Shown here: one piece after another, positions 1 through 14,111 of the stretch
Position numbering within the stretch: the first letter of the stretch is position 1
Layout: every line of letters begins with the position of its first letter
Assembly (NCBI RefSeq): GCF_963921235.1
Contig: NC_086107.1
Span: 111,354,001 to 111,418,000 of the forward strand
DNA from: Mobula hypostoma
Taxonomy: Eukaryota
Direction: 5' to 3'
Length of the DNA stretch: 64,000 nucleotides
The notes under the pieces: model-generated
The model's input: the letters and a program-made list of their open reading frames with translations, nothing else
Told to the model about the DNA's origin: nothing
Database searches by the model: none
Position numbers and translations under genes: made by a program

Positions 1-79
1 TAGGTTCTCGATTAGTAAGTATTATGGGGAGACGGTGGGAGAATGAGATTGTAAAAAATAATCAGCTATGATTGACAGG

Positions 80-412
80 TCCTCCAAGAGGACCACAGCC
101 TTGTTGTTGGGTTTGGAGGCTTGTGTGCATCAATGGCCCGGAGAGCTATGCTGGCTGGAGTCAGAGCCTTGTGCTTTGACTCTTGGTAGGGTCCCCCAAG
201 CCAAACAGGTCAAAGGGTAAAGGTCAGACTAAGAGTAGTCCACCGGTCCTTCAGGTCCTGGGCTAACAACCCTGATTGGTCAAAAAATATTGTTACGGAA
301 ACAACAAGGAAGAATCCTTCTTTATCTGTGTGCGACGATATGGACAGACAAACGTGGAGTACCTTCAATGTTGCCCTAAACGCCAATGGTGTAACAAGCA
401 GTAAGTAAGTAA
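80..412 (+). mobile_element. Short non-autonomous RTE-derived element (5'UTR-like part joined to a 3' tail)
   Basis: RTE/Expander-like 5'UTR sequence (ggaggcttgtgtgc...ggtagggtc...caaacaggtc) followed by a (GTAA)n tail. A related 5'UTR-like sequence occurs at about 18165-18305. Confidence 0.45.
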
Positions 413-494
413 TGAATGAATGGTGGAGCAGGCATGATGGGCTGAACGGACTGAATTTGCTGCTATAATTATTAATTTTATTTTATATATTTGT

Positions 495-720
495 AGATAC
501 AGCACCCACCCACACCACCCAGCAACCCATCTATTTAACCCTGGTCTATTCACAGGACAATTTACAATGACCAATTACCCTACGAACTGGTAAGTCATTG
601 GAATGTGGGAGGAAACTGGAGCACCCGGAGGAAACCCACGTAAGGTACAATCTCCTTACAGACGGCATCAGAATTGAACTGTGTACTCTGGAACAGCCCA
701 AGCTGTAATAGCATCACACC
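495..720 (-). mobile_element. V-domain tRNA-SINE (HE1-like); representative of more than 15 copies in the window
   Basis: Recurrent body 'gggtttcctccgggtgctccagtttcctcccaca(t/g)tccaaagacgtac...ggttaattggtcattgtaaattgtcc'. Other copies at about 1020-2270 (split), 2450, 3240, 7830, 9190, 9760, 16620, 26730, 31530, 39560, 43370, 48680 and 58430. Confidence 0.7.
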
Positions 721-1204
721 CTACACCTTACGGTCTATGTTAAGGCTCTATGTGAAGAAAAGGGAATCCTTGTACAAAGTCTGATCATCTCTGATCAGAG
801 GCAACATCTTTCATCAGAGATGTTAAACAAGAGAAAGCTTCTGCTGATTAGGTAAGCGCAATAATTTTAGTTTGCAGTCTGAGGCAGAACAAAGGGTTTT
901 CAAGGTTTCCTGACCAACGATCATTGTTCAACCAAAATGGCCAAAGCTAGATTATCTAGTGATGAATCTTGTTTGTTCTTTGTGGGCAAATTGGTTGTGG
1001 TGTTTTATTTATCTATTTAATTACTCAGAGATACAATGTGGAACGGGACCTTCGAGCCACGCCACCCAGCAATCCCCCGATTTAACCCTAGCCTAATCAC
1101 AGGACAATTTACAATGACCAATTAACCACCGAACAGTACGTTTGTGGACTGTGGGAGGAAACTGGAGCACTAGGAGAAAGCCCATGTGTTCCGTGGATGG
1201 GTAG

Positions 1205-2199
1205 TGTGAGGGGATCCAGGAGTGCCCCTATTAACTTTTGGAGAGAGACATTTATCGTTGATAGTTTGTTTGGAAAGGAGAGAGAGACAGAGTTATTTAC
1301 CACCGATATGTTGCTTTTGAAAAGAGAGAGAGAGAGACGAAGATTAACAATTGGACTGTCACTTTAAGGCATTGGAAGTAACTTTGGATTTCTACTGAGT
1401 TTGGAGTTGGAGACAGCATCAAGCAGCTCGAAAGTTGCTATGGTGACCGAAGGCGGTGTTAGTTAATGGACACTCGATGTTATGATTTTCAGCACATTGT
1501 TGATGTTACTTTCAAGGACTTGTTGCCTGCTTGTACTCTTTTACAGATAAAGGAGGGAGGGACTCTTTGAATGACAGGTGATGCTCAGCCTGGTGAAATA
1601 AATGGGAGGTCAGATGATACAGACCTCAGGACACATGATCTGGACACTGAATGAGCATTGTTGTGCCCGCAGAGAAAGTAGGTTTTGGAGGATCGATCAG
1701 GCGGATCAATCCAAATTGCTATTCCACCGTGTGAAGAAGGGGTTGACTGGTGGGGAGTTGTCTATGTGTCCACCCTCGCCTGGGTGATAGCTCCACCACA
1801 GAAGACCGGTCCCCCGGTTAAAGTCACAGTCGGTGACTTGTGAAGGATTTCAGAGGACGACGAGAGGATTGACGGCATCAGCTCACCTGAAGAATCAACT
1901 CACTCTCTCTCTCTCCATCACTACTCAACTAAATACCACCAACTGAACTGAACTGAACTTTACTCAACCTCGTAAGACTGTACCTTTTTACCCCTAGACT
2001 TAAAGAAGCTTGGTTTTTCATACATATATATTCCACACTTACTTCTATATATAATCATTGCTAACCTGTTTGATTTATCTACATTTATATTACTGTATTG
2101 CGTAGTTACTAATAGATATTATTAGTTTATAGCAATACGAGACTCCAAAGTGTTTCCCATCTCTGCTGGTTCTTTATCCCCCTCACGAGGTACATGACA
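1205..2199. mobile_element. Solo LTR (995 bp) with 4-bp TSD, inserted into a SINE
   Basis: Begins TGTGA, ends TGACA, flanked by GTAG at 1201-1204 and 2200-2203. The SINE sequence resumes on the other side. Confidence 0.75.
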
Positions 2200-2579
2200 G
2201 TAGGTACAGACTCCGTACAGAGGACACTTCGAGCTGTAATAGCATCGTTCTAACCGCTACACCACCGTGGTGCCCAATTCTGCACATCGCAACAACATCT
2301 GTATGTTCATCATTACACAATACAGAGAGTGCCCTGAACCCAAGGCATTTGCACCCTTGGTGCCTTGGCTGACTGCTTATTCCCCGTCAAATAGGGAACC
2401 GTGTTTGGTCACGTCACCATGGGTAGTAACAAAGGGGCACAAATGTGACCGTGTGGTTTCCTCCGCGTGCTCCAGTTTCCTCCCACATTCCAAAGACGTA
2501 CCGGTTAGCAGGTTAATTGGTCACATGGGCAGCGAGGATTCTTTGGGCTGGAAGGATCTGTTACTGTGCTGGATTTCTA

Positions 2580-2840
2580 AATAAAGTTTAAATAATGAAT
2601 GAATAAATAAATAAACAAACAAACATACAAACAGATAGATAGACTGACAGATGGCTGGATAGATAAATAGATAGATGTACAGATGGATAGATGGATAGAT
2701 GGATAGATTCATACATACATAGATAATAATTGATAGATGGATAGATAGCGAAATAAATAGATAATTGGATAGATAAATGGATAGACAGATAGATGAATGG
2801 ATAGATAGATAGGTAGATAGATTGGATAGATAGTCAGATA
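2580..2840 (+). repeat. Compound (AAAT)/(GATA)/(GGAT) microsatellite
   Basis: Direct reading of tetranucleotide units following a SINE tail. Confidence 0.9.
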
Positions 2841-4667
2841 CTCCCATGAAGAAGGAGAGTAGGAGCCCTCTTTTCTATGCTTGTTCTATATCACAAAAGC
2901 GGTCTCATCTCTGTTATCGAGAAACTAAACTTGCAGGAAGCCTGGAGGAATATACATAGTGCTGGGGTGATATTAAAGGGGTAATTAAGAAACCAATGGG
3001 AAGGCACATGAAAAAGTATCTTGCAGAAAAGATTAAAGAAAATCTAAAGATGTGTTATAAACACATGAGGAGCAATATGATAACGAATGAACAAATAGGA
3101 CTACTGGAGACCGAATCAGCAAGCCACGATTGGAAGAGGAGTTGAAGGTGCACTTCTCAATGGATAATTTTCAGGACCTCCATAAAAGAGATGATGCCAC
3201 CTGTAGTTTAAGAAGTGTGCAAAAAGTGGAGGCCGGTAGCGGACTGGTTAGAGTAACACTGCTGTCTGTAAAGAGGTTGTACTTTCTCCTTGTGACAGCA
3301 TGAGCTTCCGCTGGGAGCTCCAGTTTACGCCCACATTCCAAAGATGTACGGGTTATTAGAGTAATTGGTTACATGGGTGTAATTGGGCTGTGTGGGATTA
3401 TTTGGCTGGAATGTGTTTGCTACAGAATTTAATCTCTAAGTAAAAATATTAGTTGCGGTAAATATAGGAAAAGAAGAAGCATTAAGAAGTTTAATGTTAA
3501 AAGCTATCCAGATCAACATGAAATATATATCAGCCTCTCAAAGGATGCAAAGTAGGAAATTGCAAGGATTTGATCATAATTTATAAACATTCATAACTGC
3601 AGGGATAATGTCAGTGGAATGAATGACTGTTCATTTTGCAAATTGTTTGAAAAAGGATAAACCATCTCATGACAGAGCCATTAGTTTACCAGTAATGGTG
3701 GGGAAATTACTGGAATGAGTTCTGAAGAACAGTATAAATCTTCATTTAGAAAGGCCCAACTTAATCAAGAGTGGTTAGCAGGAATTTCTCAAGAAAAGTC
3801 TTGTCTGACTAAGATTGAGTGTTATTTGGAGGGAATGATCAGATGAGAGAGAGCTTCTTTATTCTGATAATGTGTCTTTGACTTCCAATTTTAATTTTGC
3901 TTCTCTTTCTGTGGATGCTGCCTGACCTATTGAGTTTAATTTCTAAATAATAATATTAGATTAGATTAGATTATGTGGACACTCAGTCCTCGTTTATTGT
4001 CATTTAGAAATTCATGCATTAAAAAATGATACAATGTTCCTCCAGTATGATATCGCAGAAACACAAGATAGACCAAGACTAAAACTGACAAGAACCACAT
4101 AATTATAACATATAGTTACAACAATGCAAAGCAATACCATAATTTGATAAGAGCAGACCATGAGCACGGTAAAAAAAAGTCTCAAAGTCCTGACAGCCCC
4201 AACATCTCACGCAGACGGTTGAAGGGAGAAACTCTCCCTGCCATGAGCTTCCAGCGCTGCAAACTTGCCGATGCAGCATCCTGGAAGCACCCGACCACAG
4301 TCCGACTCTGAGTCCGTCCGAAAACTTCAAGCCTCCGACCAGCCCTCCGACACCGAGCACCGAGCACCATCTCTGCCGAGCGCTTTGACCTCGGCCCCGG
4401 TCGCCGAGCAACAAGCAAAGCCGAGGATTCGGGGCCTTCCCCTCCGGAGATTTCGGATTACACAGTTGAGTGTATTGAGTGTTCACAGCATTTTCTAATT
4501 TTACTTCGGATTTCCAATAGCTGCATTTGATTTATTTTTGGGTAAATGATGGACCATTAGACATAGGAGCACAATTAGGCCATTCGGCCCATTGAGTCTG
4601 CTCCACCTTTCTATCATGGCTGGTTTATTATCCCTCTCAACCCCACTTCCTGTCTTCTCCCCGTGAC

Positions 4668-5049
4668 TGTGACGAGAGGCCTAGGTGAGGATGGGAAGAA
4701 CCCAAGTGCTGGAGTGTCCCAGACTAGAATGAAAACATGATTTGGAGACTGAGAAAAGAACAGGGTTCTTGACGGCATGCCATTCGAGGACCTGACAAGA
4801 CTAGATGAGAATCCTGCTAAGACAGAAATCCTAAACACAAGCACAGACAGAACCAAAGTTGAGCTGATGATTGAGCACCGAAAACGAGTCCAGGTGCTCT
4901 TTAAATATCCAAATCTCGGTGCCAAAGCATGACTGCCATTCAGAGGAGCAGGCCAGAATCTTATACGGGACTGTGCTAGCTATCTGTCCTCTGGAGAATC
5001 CGAGCGTCTAAATCCCGGAGGCTGGCACGGTCGGGTACATACTGTAACA
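4668..5049. mobile_element. Probable short solo LTR (382 bp) with 5-bp TSD inside a CR1 3' tail
   Basis: TGTGAC...GTAACA termini; flanks GTGAC (4663-4667) and GTAAC (5050-5054). CR1 tail sequence continues on both sides. Confidence 0.6.
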
Positions 5050-7079
5050 GTAACATTACCAATCAAGAATTTATCGGCTTCCACTTTAAAACACCCAATG
5101 ACTTGGCTTCCACAGCTGCATCTATCAGGGACAATGGGTTTGGCAGGACATTGACCTAAGGGGTGTGAATATCCCCTGGACCAGCGTCCAGGTATCTCCA
5201 CACCTCCCTGGTGTGCCACAGTGTATGAAGCTCAGACTTCAGCCTCACAACTCTGAGCCAAAGTTCCTCGAGCAGCCAATGCCTGGTACAGATGTGACTG
5301 GGCTGAACCACAGTGAGGTTCGTCAGGTCCCATATGTTGGAACAGCCAGACGTCCCTTGCTCGGTCATTTCTGTCCCATTTACCTGGATTAGGTTAGAGT
5401 CATAGAGTTATTCAACATGGAAGCAGGCCCTTCAAGCCAACGTGTCTATACCAACCAAATGGTCCCCTTTAGTTATTCCCATTTCCCAATGTTTGAGTGT
5501 TCTCATAATCTAATCCTGTAAACCATTCTTATCCCCGAACCTTTCTCTGGCAGTTCAGTCCACATATTCACTGCCCTCGGTGTCAAAATGTTACCACTCA
5601 GATCTCCTTGCCTTTAAGAAGAAGGTACAGGAACCTTAGGTTCCACGGCACCAGGTTCAGGAACGGCTATTACCCTTCAACCATCAGGCTCCTGAACCAG
5701 TGTGGATAACTTCACCCATCTCAACTCTGAACTGATTCCACAAACTACAGACTCACTTTCAAGGCTGACAACTCATGTTCTCAACATTATTTACTTACTA
5801 ATTTTTTTATAATTATTGTGTTTTTATTTTTGCCCGGCTCAAGCTGGCAAAACCTAAGGTGTGGGATAGCCAACCACACTCAATTCTCGCGTACTAGGCT
5901 TTCCGGAGACTTACATAGATATTACTGTGGAGCCCTAATTGTTTAATGCTATTGTGTAGTGACTTTGGGATGACACCAGTTGTAGATATTACTTTTGGAA
6001 CAATATATACTCTGTTCATGTTCCATTGTCTTTCAATTTCCTCTTTTAATTCAGCATATTTCTGGTGTTCTGCACTTATTGACTTCTGTACGTTATGTGG
6101 GTTTGGAATGGCTAGATCTATTAAGTAAGTTGTTCTTGCTTGTTTGTCCTGTATTATTATATCCAGATGGTTATTATGGCTTGTCCTATCTGTAATAACA
6201 GATTAGTCATGATATAATTTGTGGGACTCTGACTCTGATGCCCGAGCTGTAGTAGCATCCCGCTAACCGCTACACAAAAAAGCCACTCCATCGAGCCAGA
6301 GTCACTGAAGACTCCAGCAAATTTCTACAGATGTACTGTGGAGAGCAGAGGAGACTCGGTGCCCGTACAACTGGCCCGGGTGCCGGTGCCAGGCTGATTT
6401 GAAGATCTTGAGAGGGGCCTTGAGCTGGGCAGTGAAATCTGGGCCTGGAGCGAGTCGCTGGATGGCGTGGTCTAGGCCCCGCGTCCTTCGCAGTAGCTGG
6501 GTCCTAGTGTGTGATACGATTCGCTGTTTAGACAATTTAAATCCAGGCCCAGACTAGAAGCAAGAGCCAATTTCACCCGCTCTCCGCGATGTTCACTCCT
6601 CTCTCCAGGGCACTAGAACCATTTTGCTGTCTGTTGTGGGGTCATCTTAAAGACTAACCCAGATAGACTGAAAAAGTCAGGGTGTCGGGATCCGGTACGA
6701 GAACCGATTTCACTCGTTCTCTGCGATCGTTACTCCTCTCTCCCTGGCGCCGAGGCTGTGAAGACAGCCCTGGCTGCTGTACTCCATGCCTGCTAGTATG
6801 ATGAACTGATAGGTGAGGCTTTGGGCCTACTCTGGACTGCTCTAGGATTCAGATCTGTGGACACAAGTTTGGTTCGGAATGCTGTTGTTGTTCACTCCAA
6901 TTGTTTGTATGATTTGTATTTTTTTCTTTCTCTTGTTAGTCTTTTGTTTTTCTTTTTATTCCTTTTTTTCCTTTAATTGGGTTATTTCTGGTTTCTTGCT
7001 TTGTGGCTACTGTGAGCAAGCAAATCTCAAGGTTGTATAATTTATACATTCTTTGATAATAAATGACTTGACTTGACTT

Positions 7080-7482
7080 GGTTGCATCACTGTCTGGTAC
7101 GGAGGGGCCACTGCACGGCATCAGAAAAAAGCTGCAGAAGGTTGTAAACTCGGCCAGCTCCCTCATGGCTACCGGCCTCCCCAACATCAAAGACACCTTT
7201 AAAAGGCGATGCTCCAAAAAGACAACATTCATCGTTAAGGACCCTCATCACCCAGGACATGCCGTCTTCTCATTGCTACCATCAGGAAGGAGATACAGGA
7301 GCCTGAAGACACACACACACTCATTATTTCAAGAACAGCTCCTTCCCCTCCACCATCAGATTTCTGAATGGACAATGAACCCACGAACACTGTCTCAGTG
7401 ATTATCCCCCACTCTTTTTACTTTTATTGTAACTTATTGGTTTTATTGCTATGTATTGCAATGTACCGCTGCCACAAAACAG
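7080..7482 (+). mobile_element. Rex/Babar-type LINE 3' fragment
   Basis: ORF 7078-7401 'KKLQKVVNSA...IVKDPHHPGHAVFSLLPSGRRYRSLKT' is the typical C-terminus. Related copies at about 20480-20830, 32960-33360, 41345-42000 and 60355-61550. Confidence 0.75.
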
Positions 7483-8407
7483 CAGAGCGCACGGAATGTT
7501 CATCACCATGGACGGTCCCAAGTGAAAAGAAGAGGGTTGGGTGTGAGTCACAGAAAGCTACAGCACAGAAACAGGCCCCTCGGCCCATCCAGCCCATGCT
7601 GAACCATTTGAACTGCCTTGTCCCATCAACCTGCACCCGGACCATAGCCGCCCATCTCTCCCATCCATGCACCAACCAAACTTCTCTTACACATTGAAGT
7701 CGAAATGACATCCACCACTTGCACAGGCACCTCAACCGACACTGTAGTTTTCAGGAATATTCCTGCTTCCCAACATTTTCACCACATTTGAACTGAATGT
7801 TCAGTCCATTCTCTTTACTTATCGATCAAGCACGGAGTAGGGGCTTCCGAACCTTCGAGCCACATCACCCCAATAACACCCAACAACACCGATTAACCCA
7901 AACCTAATTATGGGCCAATTTACGATGACCAATTAACCCACAGATTTTGGACACTGGGAGGAAACCGGAAAACGCGGGGAAAACCCATGCATTCCATGGG
8001 GAGGACGGACAGAGACTGAAATTGAACTCTGAACCCTGACACCCTGAGCTGTAATAGTGACGTTGTAACTGCGACATTACCATGGCAACCATTAATTTAT
8101 CCCACAAATTGGTGAACGATGATGTCTGCAGACTCCCCCAACTCCCTGGAGATTGCCCCACCACTGAGATGAGTCAGGGGGTCATTGAAACTCCTCCAGG
8201 TTGTATCCAGAATGGGGTCAGTGGGCAGATCAGTTCTGTAACCCAACTCCAGGAAGCTGGCACTCCTCCACCAGACTCCATGACAATGCAGGGCCATAGA
8301 GCGGTCTGAGTGACTGTGGGGGAGACCACGCAAGGAAATGGGGTTCTGTGTCCATTCTAGGGCCCGCTGAAGGGGTATGGAGTTCAAGTTCAAGGGCTAG
8401 CGATGTC

Positions 8408-9090
8408 GAAACATAGAAACTTCGAAAATAGGTACAGGAGTAGGCCATTTGGCCCTTCGAGCCTGCACCGCCATTCAGTATGATCATGGCTGATCATCCA
8501 ACTCAGAACCCTGTACCTGCCTCCTCTCCATACCCCCGATCCCTTTAGCCACAAAGGCCATATCTAACTCCCTCTTAAATATAGCCAATGAACTGGCCTC
8601 AACTGTTTCCTGTGGCAGAGAATTCCACAGATTCACCACTCCCTGTGTGAAGAAGTTTTTCCTCATCTCAGTCCTAAAAGGCTTCCTCTTTATCCTCAAA
8701 CTGTGACCCCTCGTTCTGGACTTCCCCAACATCAGGAACAATCTTTCTGCATCTAGCCTGTCCAGTCCCTTTAGAATTCTACGTGTTTCAATAAGATCCC
8801 CCCTCAATCTTCTAAATTCCAGCGGATATAAGCCTAGTTCATCCAGTCTTTCATCATATGAAAGTCCTGCCACCCCAGGAATCAATCTGGTGAGCCTTCT
8901 TTGTACTCCCTCTATGGCAAGAATGTCTTTCCTCAGATTAGGGGACCAATACTGCACACAATACTCCAGGTGTGGTCTCACCAAGGCCTTGTACAACTGC
9001 AGTAGTACCTCCCTGCTCCTGTACTCGAATCCTCTTGCTATGAATGCCAGCATACCATTCGCCTTTTTCACCGCCTGCTGTACCTGCATG
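8408..9090 (-). mobile_element. Young CR1 LINE 3' fragment
   Basis: ORF 8484-9089 'LYKALVRPHLEYCVQYWSP...RRLRGDLIE...RTRGH' is nearly identical to 13425-14012. Confidence 0.9.
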
Positions 9091-9964
9091 ATATACTTCC
9101 AAGTTGGGACGACGAGTGACTTGAAGGGGAACCTGAAGGTGATGGTGTCTCCATGTGTCCGCTGCCCTGCCCGTCCGATTGGTGGAGGTTGTGGGAGTTT
9201 CTCCCCGTGACTGCTTGGGTTTCCTCCGGGTGCTTCAGTTTCCTCCCACAGTCCAAAAGTTTGGGAGGTGAAGTAAGTACCCAGGAAGAGTTACTGCAGT
9301 GCGTCTTTCTTGATGCAAGATCGTTTAAAGTCACTTCATGTAGACAAATGCATGGAGAATGAAACAATTCTTTCTCCAGATCCAATGCAGCACAAACAAA
9401 ACACAATAATAATAATAAAAAACACACAATAAATATAAGTACAGAAGATAGCTTGATTGTATGTCCATAAATTAGTGTGGCACAGTGGCGTAATGCGTTA
9501 CAGCGCCAGCTGTAAGATCGAGGTTCAATTTCCGCCACCATCTGTAAGAAGTTTGCAAGTTCTCTCCTTGACTTCGTGGGTTTCCTTCATGTCCTCCCGC
9601 ATTCCAAAGGCATATGGGTTAGTGTTAGTAAATTGTGGGCATGCCACGTTGGCGCTGGAAGTGCGGGGACGCTCACGGGCTGCCCGCAGCGCATCCTGAA
9701 CACATTCCACTGTATGTTTCGATGCACTGGTGACAAATAAAGCTAATTTTTAGGACCACATGGTAACGTAGTGGTGAGAACAACGGTTTACAGTACCGGC
9801 GACGCGGGTTCAATTCCCGCCGCTGCCTGTGAGGAGTTTGTACATTCTCCCCGTGACCACGTGCATTTCCTCCGTGTGCTCCAGTTTCCTCCCACAGTCC
9901 AAAGATGTCATTCTAAGTTGTCCCGTACTTAGGCTAGGATTAAATCTGTGTTGGGTGGCACAGG

Positions 9965-10810
9965 AGGGCAGGTCCTGGGTGATGGAGGCCCTTAATAATG
10001 GATGCTGACTTCTGAGTTACTGCTTTTTGAAGGTGTCCTGGATGCTGGTGAGGCTCGTGTCCACGATGAAGCTGACTGAATTTAAAACTTTCTTCAGCTT
10101 TTTCCGATTCTGTGCAGTGGCCTCTCCACACCAGACGGTGATGCAAGCATTTGGAATGCTCTCCACAGTACATCTATGGAAATTCGTGAGTGTTCCTGGT
10201 AACATACCAATTCTCCTCAAGCACCCAATGAAATATAGCCACTGTCCTGCCTTCTTTGGTGTGGGCACATGGCCAAGTGGTTAAGGCATTGGACTAGCTA
10301 CCTGAAGGTCGTGAGTTCGAGCCCCAGCCAAGGCAAAGTGTTGTGTTCTTGAGCAAGGCACTTAATCACACATTAATCTGTGACGACACCGGTGCCAAGC
10401 TGTATGGGTCCTAATGCCCTTCCCTTGGACAACATTGGCGTTGTGGAGAGGGGAGACTTGCAGCATGGGCAACTGCCGGTCTTCCAAACAACCTTGCCCA
10501 GGCCTGTGCCCTGGAGAGTGAAGACTTTCCAGGCGCAGCTCCATGGTCTCGCAAGACTAACGGATGTCTTAAATCCTGCCTTCTTTGTAATTGGCATCAC
10601 CATGTTGGGCCTGGGATAGATCTTCAGCGATGTTGACACCTAGGAACTTGAAATTGCTCACCTTTTCCACTGCTGATCCCTTGAAGATTGGTTGTGTTCC
10701 CTCGATTTCCCCTTCCTGAGGCCTACAAGCAATTTCTTGGTCTTGCTGATGTTGAGAGCAAGGTTGTTTGCTGTGACACCACTCAACCAAACTTTGTGCT
10801 TCCATTTGGA
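9965..10810 (-). mobile_element. Rex/Babar-type LINE fragment interrupted by a SINE
   Basis: ORFs 10569-10892 (VEKVSNFKFLGVNIAEDLS) and 10017-10268 (LYFIGCLRR...TVESI...CITVW) on either side of a TSD-flanked SINE. Confidence 0.75.
10259..10573 (+). mobile_element. tRNA-derived SINE with 14-bp TSD
   Basis: A box TGGCCAAGTGG, B box GTTCGAGCC, central 'ttgagcaaggcacttaa' domain. TSD tcctgccttctttg at 10245-10258 and 10574-10587. A headless copy lies at about 63515-63710 (-). Confidence 0.85.
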
Positions 10811-10964
10811 AACTAGAGATCCAGAATAATTTATTTATCACACGTACATTGAAGTATAAAGTTAAAAAACTTAACTTGCATAAAGTCATCACTTGTAACC
10901 TAATTTAAATAGCAAAAAGGTTATTCTCTGCAAAAAGGGTGTGCATTCAATAATTGCTCATGGT

Positions 10965-13900
10965 CAAACTAGAATGATTGGGGGGTGGGAATCAAATTAA
11001 AGAGACTAGGAGAGAGGAGGTTAGTTCACAACAGGAGGATGGGAACCAGTGCAGAGAGACAGAGGGGTGTAAAATGAGGGTAGAAGCAAAAAGTAGTAAG
11101 GAGAAAAGTAAAAGTGGCAGGCCAACAAATCCAGGGCAAGCATCAAAAAGGGCCACTTTTCAACATAATTGTATAAGGGCTAAGAGTGTTGTAAAAGCGA
11201 GCCTGAAGGCTTTGTGTGTCAATGCAAGGAGCATTCATAACAAGATGGATGAATTAAAAGTGCAGATTGTTATTAATGAATATGATATAGTTGGGATCAC
11301 AGAGACATGGCTCCAGGGTGACCAAGGATGGGAGCTCAACATTCAGGGATATTCAATATTCAGGAGAGATAGACATGAAGGAAAAGGAAGTGGGGTAGCA
11401 TTGCTAGTTAGAGAGGAGATTAACACAATAGAAAGGAAGGACATTAGCCGGGAGGATGTGGAATCGATATGGGTAGAGCTGCATATCACTAAGGGGCAGA
11501 AAACGCTGGTGGGAGTTGTGTACAGGCCACCTAACAGTAGTAGTGAGGTTGGGGATGGTATTAAACAGGAAATTAGAAATGCTTGCAATAAAGGAACAGC
11601 AGTTATAATGGGTGACTTCAATCTACATGTAGGTTGGGTGAATCAAATTGATAAGGGTGCTGAGGAAGAGGATTTCTTGGAATGTATGCGGGATGGTTTT
11701 TTGAACCAACATGTCGAGGAACCAACTAGAGAGCAGGCTATTCTAGACTGGGTATTGAGCAATGAGGAAGGGTTAATTAGCAATCTTGTCATGAGAGGCC
11801 CCTTGGGTAAGAGTGACCATAATATGGTGGAATTCTTCATTAAGATGGAGAGTGACATAGTTAATTCAGAAACAAAGGTTCTGAACTTAAAGAAGGGTAA
11901 CTTTGAAGGTATGAGACGGGAATTAGCTAAGATAGACTGGCAAATGACACTTAAAGGGTGACGGTGGATATGCAATGGCAAGCATTTAAAGATTGCATGG
12001 ATGAACTACAACAATTGTTCATCCCAGTTTGGCAAAAGAATAAATCAGGGAAGGTAGTGCACCCGTAGCTGACGAGGGAAATTAGGGATAGTATCAATTC
12101 CAAAGAAGAAACATACAAATTAGCCAGAAAAAGTGGCTCACCTGAGGACTGGGAGAAATTCAGAGTCCAGCAGAGGAGGACAAAGGGCTTAATTAGGAAG
12201 GGGAAAAAAGATTATGAGAGAAAACTGGCAAGGAACATAAAAACTGACTGTAAAAGCTTTTATAGATATGTGAAAAGAAAAAGATTGATTAAGACAAATG
12301 TAGGTCCCCTACAGACAGAAACAGGTGAATTGATTCTGGGGAGCAAGGACATGGCAGACCAAATAAATAACTACTTTGGTTCTGTCTTCACTAAGGAGGA
12401 CATAAATAATCTTCCGGAAATAGTAGGGGATAGAGGGTCCAGTGAGATGGAGGAACTGAGGGAAATACGTGTTAGTAGGAAAGTGGTGTTAGGTAAATTG
12501 AAGGGATTAAAGGCAGATAAATCCCCAGGGCCAGATGGTCTGCATCCCAGAGTGCTTAAGGAAGTAGCCCAAGAAATAGTGGATGCATTAGTGATAATTT
12601 TTCAAAACTCTTTAGATTCTGGACTAGTTCCTGAGGATTGGAGGGTGGCTAATGTAACCCCACTTTTTAAAAAAGGAGGGAGAGAGAAACCGGGGAATTA
12701 TAGACCAGTTAGCCTAACATCAGTAGTGGGGAAAATGCTAGAGTCAGTTATCAAAGATGTGATAACAGCACATTTGGAAAGCGGTGAAATCATCGGACAA
12801 AGTCAGCATGGATTTGTGAAAGGAAAATCATGTCTGACGAATCTCAGAATTTTTTGAGGATGTAACCAGTAGAGTGGGTAGGGGAGAACCAGTGGACGTG
12901 GTATATTTGGATTTTCAAAAGGCTTTTGACAAGGTCCCAAACAGGAGATTAGTGTGCAAACTTAAAGCACACGGTATTGGGGGTAAGGTATTGATGTGGA
13001 TAGAGAATTGGTTGGTAGACAGGAAGCAAAGAGTGGGAATAAATGGGACCTTTTCAGAATGGCAGGCAGTGACTAGTGGGGTACCACAGGACTCAGTGCT
13101 GGGACCCCACCCCAGTTCTTTACAATATATATTAATGACTTAGATGAGGGAATTAAATGCAGCATCTCCAAGTTTGCGGATGACATGAAGCTGGGCGGCA
13201 GTGTTAGCTGTGAGGAGGATGCTAAGAGGACGCAGGGTGACTTGGATAGGTTAGGTGAGTGGGCAAATTCATGGCAGATGCAATTTAATGTGGATAAATG
13301 TGAAGTTATCCACTTTGGTGGCAAAAACAGGAAAACAGATTATTATCTGAATGGTGGCCGATTAGGAAAAGGGGAGGTGCAACGAGACCTGGGTGTCATT
13401 ATACACCAGTCATTGAAAGTGGGCATGCAGGTACAGCAGGCGGTGAAAAAGGCGAATGGTATGCTGGCATTCATAGCAAGGGGATTTGAGTACAGGAGCA
13501 GGGAGGTACTACTGCAGTTGTACAAGGCCTTGGTGAGACCGCACCTTGAGTATTGTGTGCAGTTTTGGTCCCCTAATCTGAGGAAAGACATTCTTGCCAT
13601 AGAGGGAGTACAAAGAAGGTTCACCAGATTGATTCCTGGGATGGCAGGACTTTCATATGATAAAAGGCTGGATCGACTAGGCTTATATTCATTGGAATTT
13701 AGAAGATTGAGGGGGGATCTGATTGAAATGTGTAAAATATTAAAGGGATTGGACAGGCTAGATGCAGGAAGATTGTTCCCGATGTTGGGGAAGTCCAGAA
13801 CAAGGGGCCACAGTTTGAGGATAAAGGGGAAGCCTTTTAGGACCGAGATGAGGAAAAACTTCTTCACACAGAGAGTGGTGAATCTGTGGAATTCTCTGCC

Positions 13901-14111
13901 ACAGGAAACAGTTGAGGCCAGTTCATTGGCTATATTTAAGAGGGAGTTAGATATGGCCCTTGTGGCTAAAGGGATCAGGGGGTATGGAGGGAAGGCTGGT
14001 ACAGGGTTCTGAGTTGGATGATCAGCCATGATCATACTGAATGGCGGTACAGGCTCAAAGGGCCGAATGGCCTACTCCTGCACCTATTTTCTATGTTTCT
14101 ATGTTTCTATG
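10965..14111 (+). mobile_element. CR1 LINE, near-complete ORF2 (APE endonuclease plus RT), disabled
   Basis: EN motifs 'NARSI', 'GITETW', 'YRPP', 'MGDFN', 'LDWV', 'SDH'. RT motifs 'KSPGPDG', 'NYRPVSL', 'QHGF', 'YLDFQKAFDKV', 'FADD'. (TTTCTATG)n tail. Broken by frameshifts near 11958, 12845 and 13105 and a TAG at about 12066. Confidence 0.95.

Noticed and set aside
2521..2847. Hydrophobic 108-aa ORF
   Set aside because: Translation of (GATA)n/(GGAT)n repeats.
10261..10332. tRNA-like sequence with A and B boxes (also about 62942-63010)
   Set aside because: Head of a TSD-flanked SINE; no proper acceptor stem, and it continues into a SINE body.
13343..14035. 230-aa antisense ORF (and its echoes at 8890, 54995, 62452)
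   Set aside because: Exact antisense of CR1 ORF2, reproduced in every young copy; no independent protein features.
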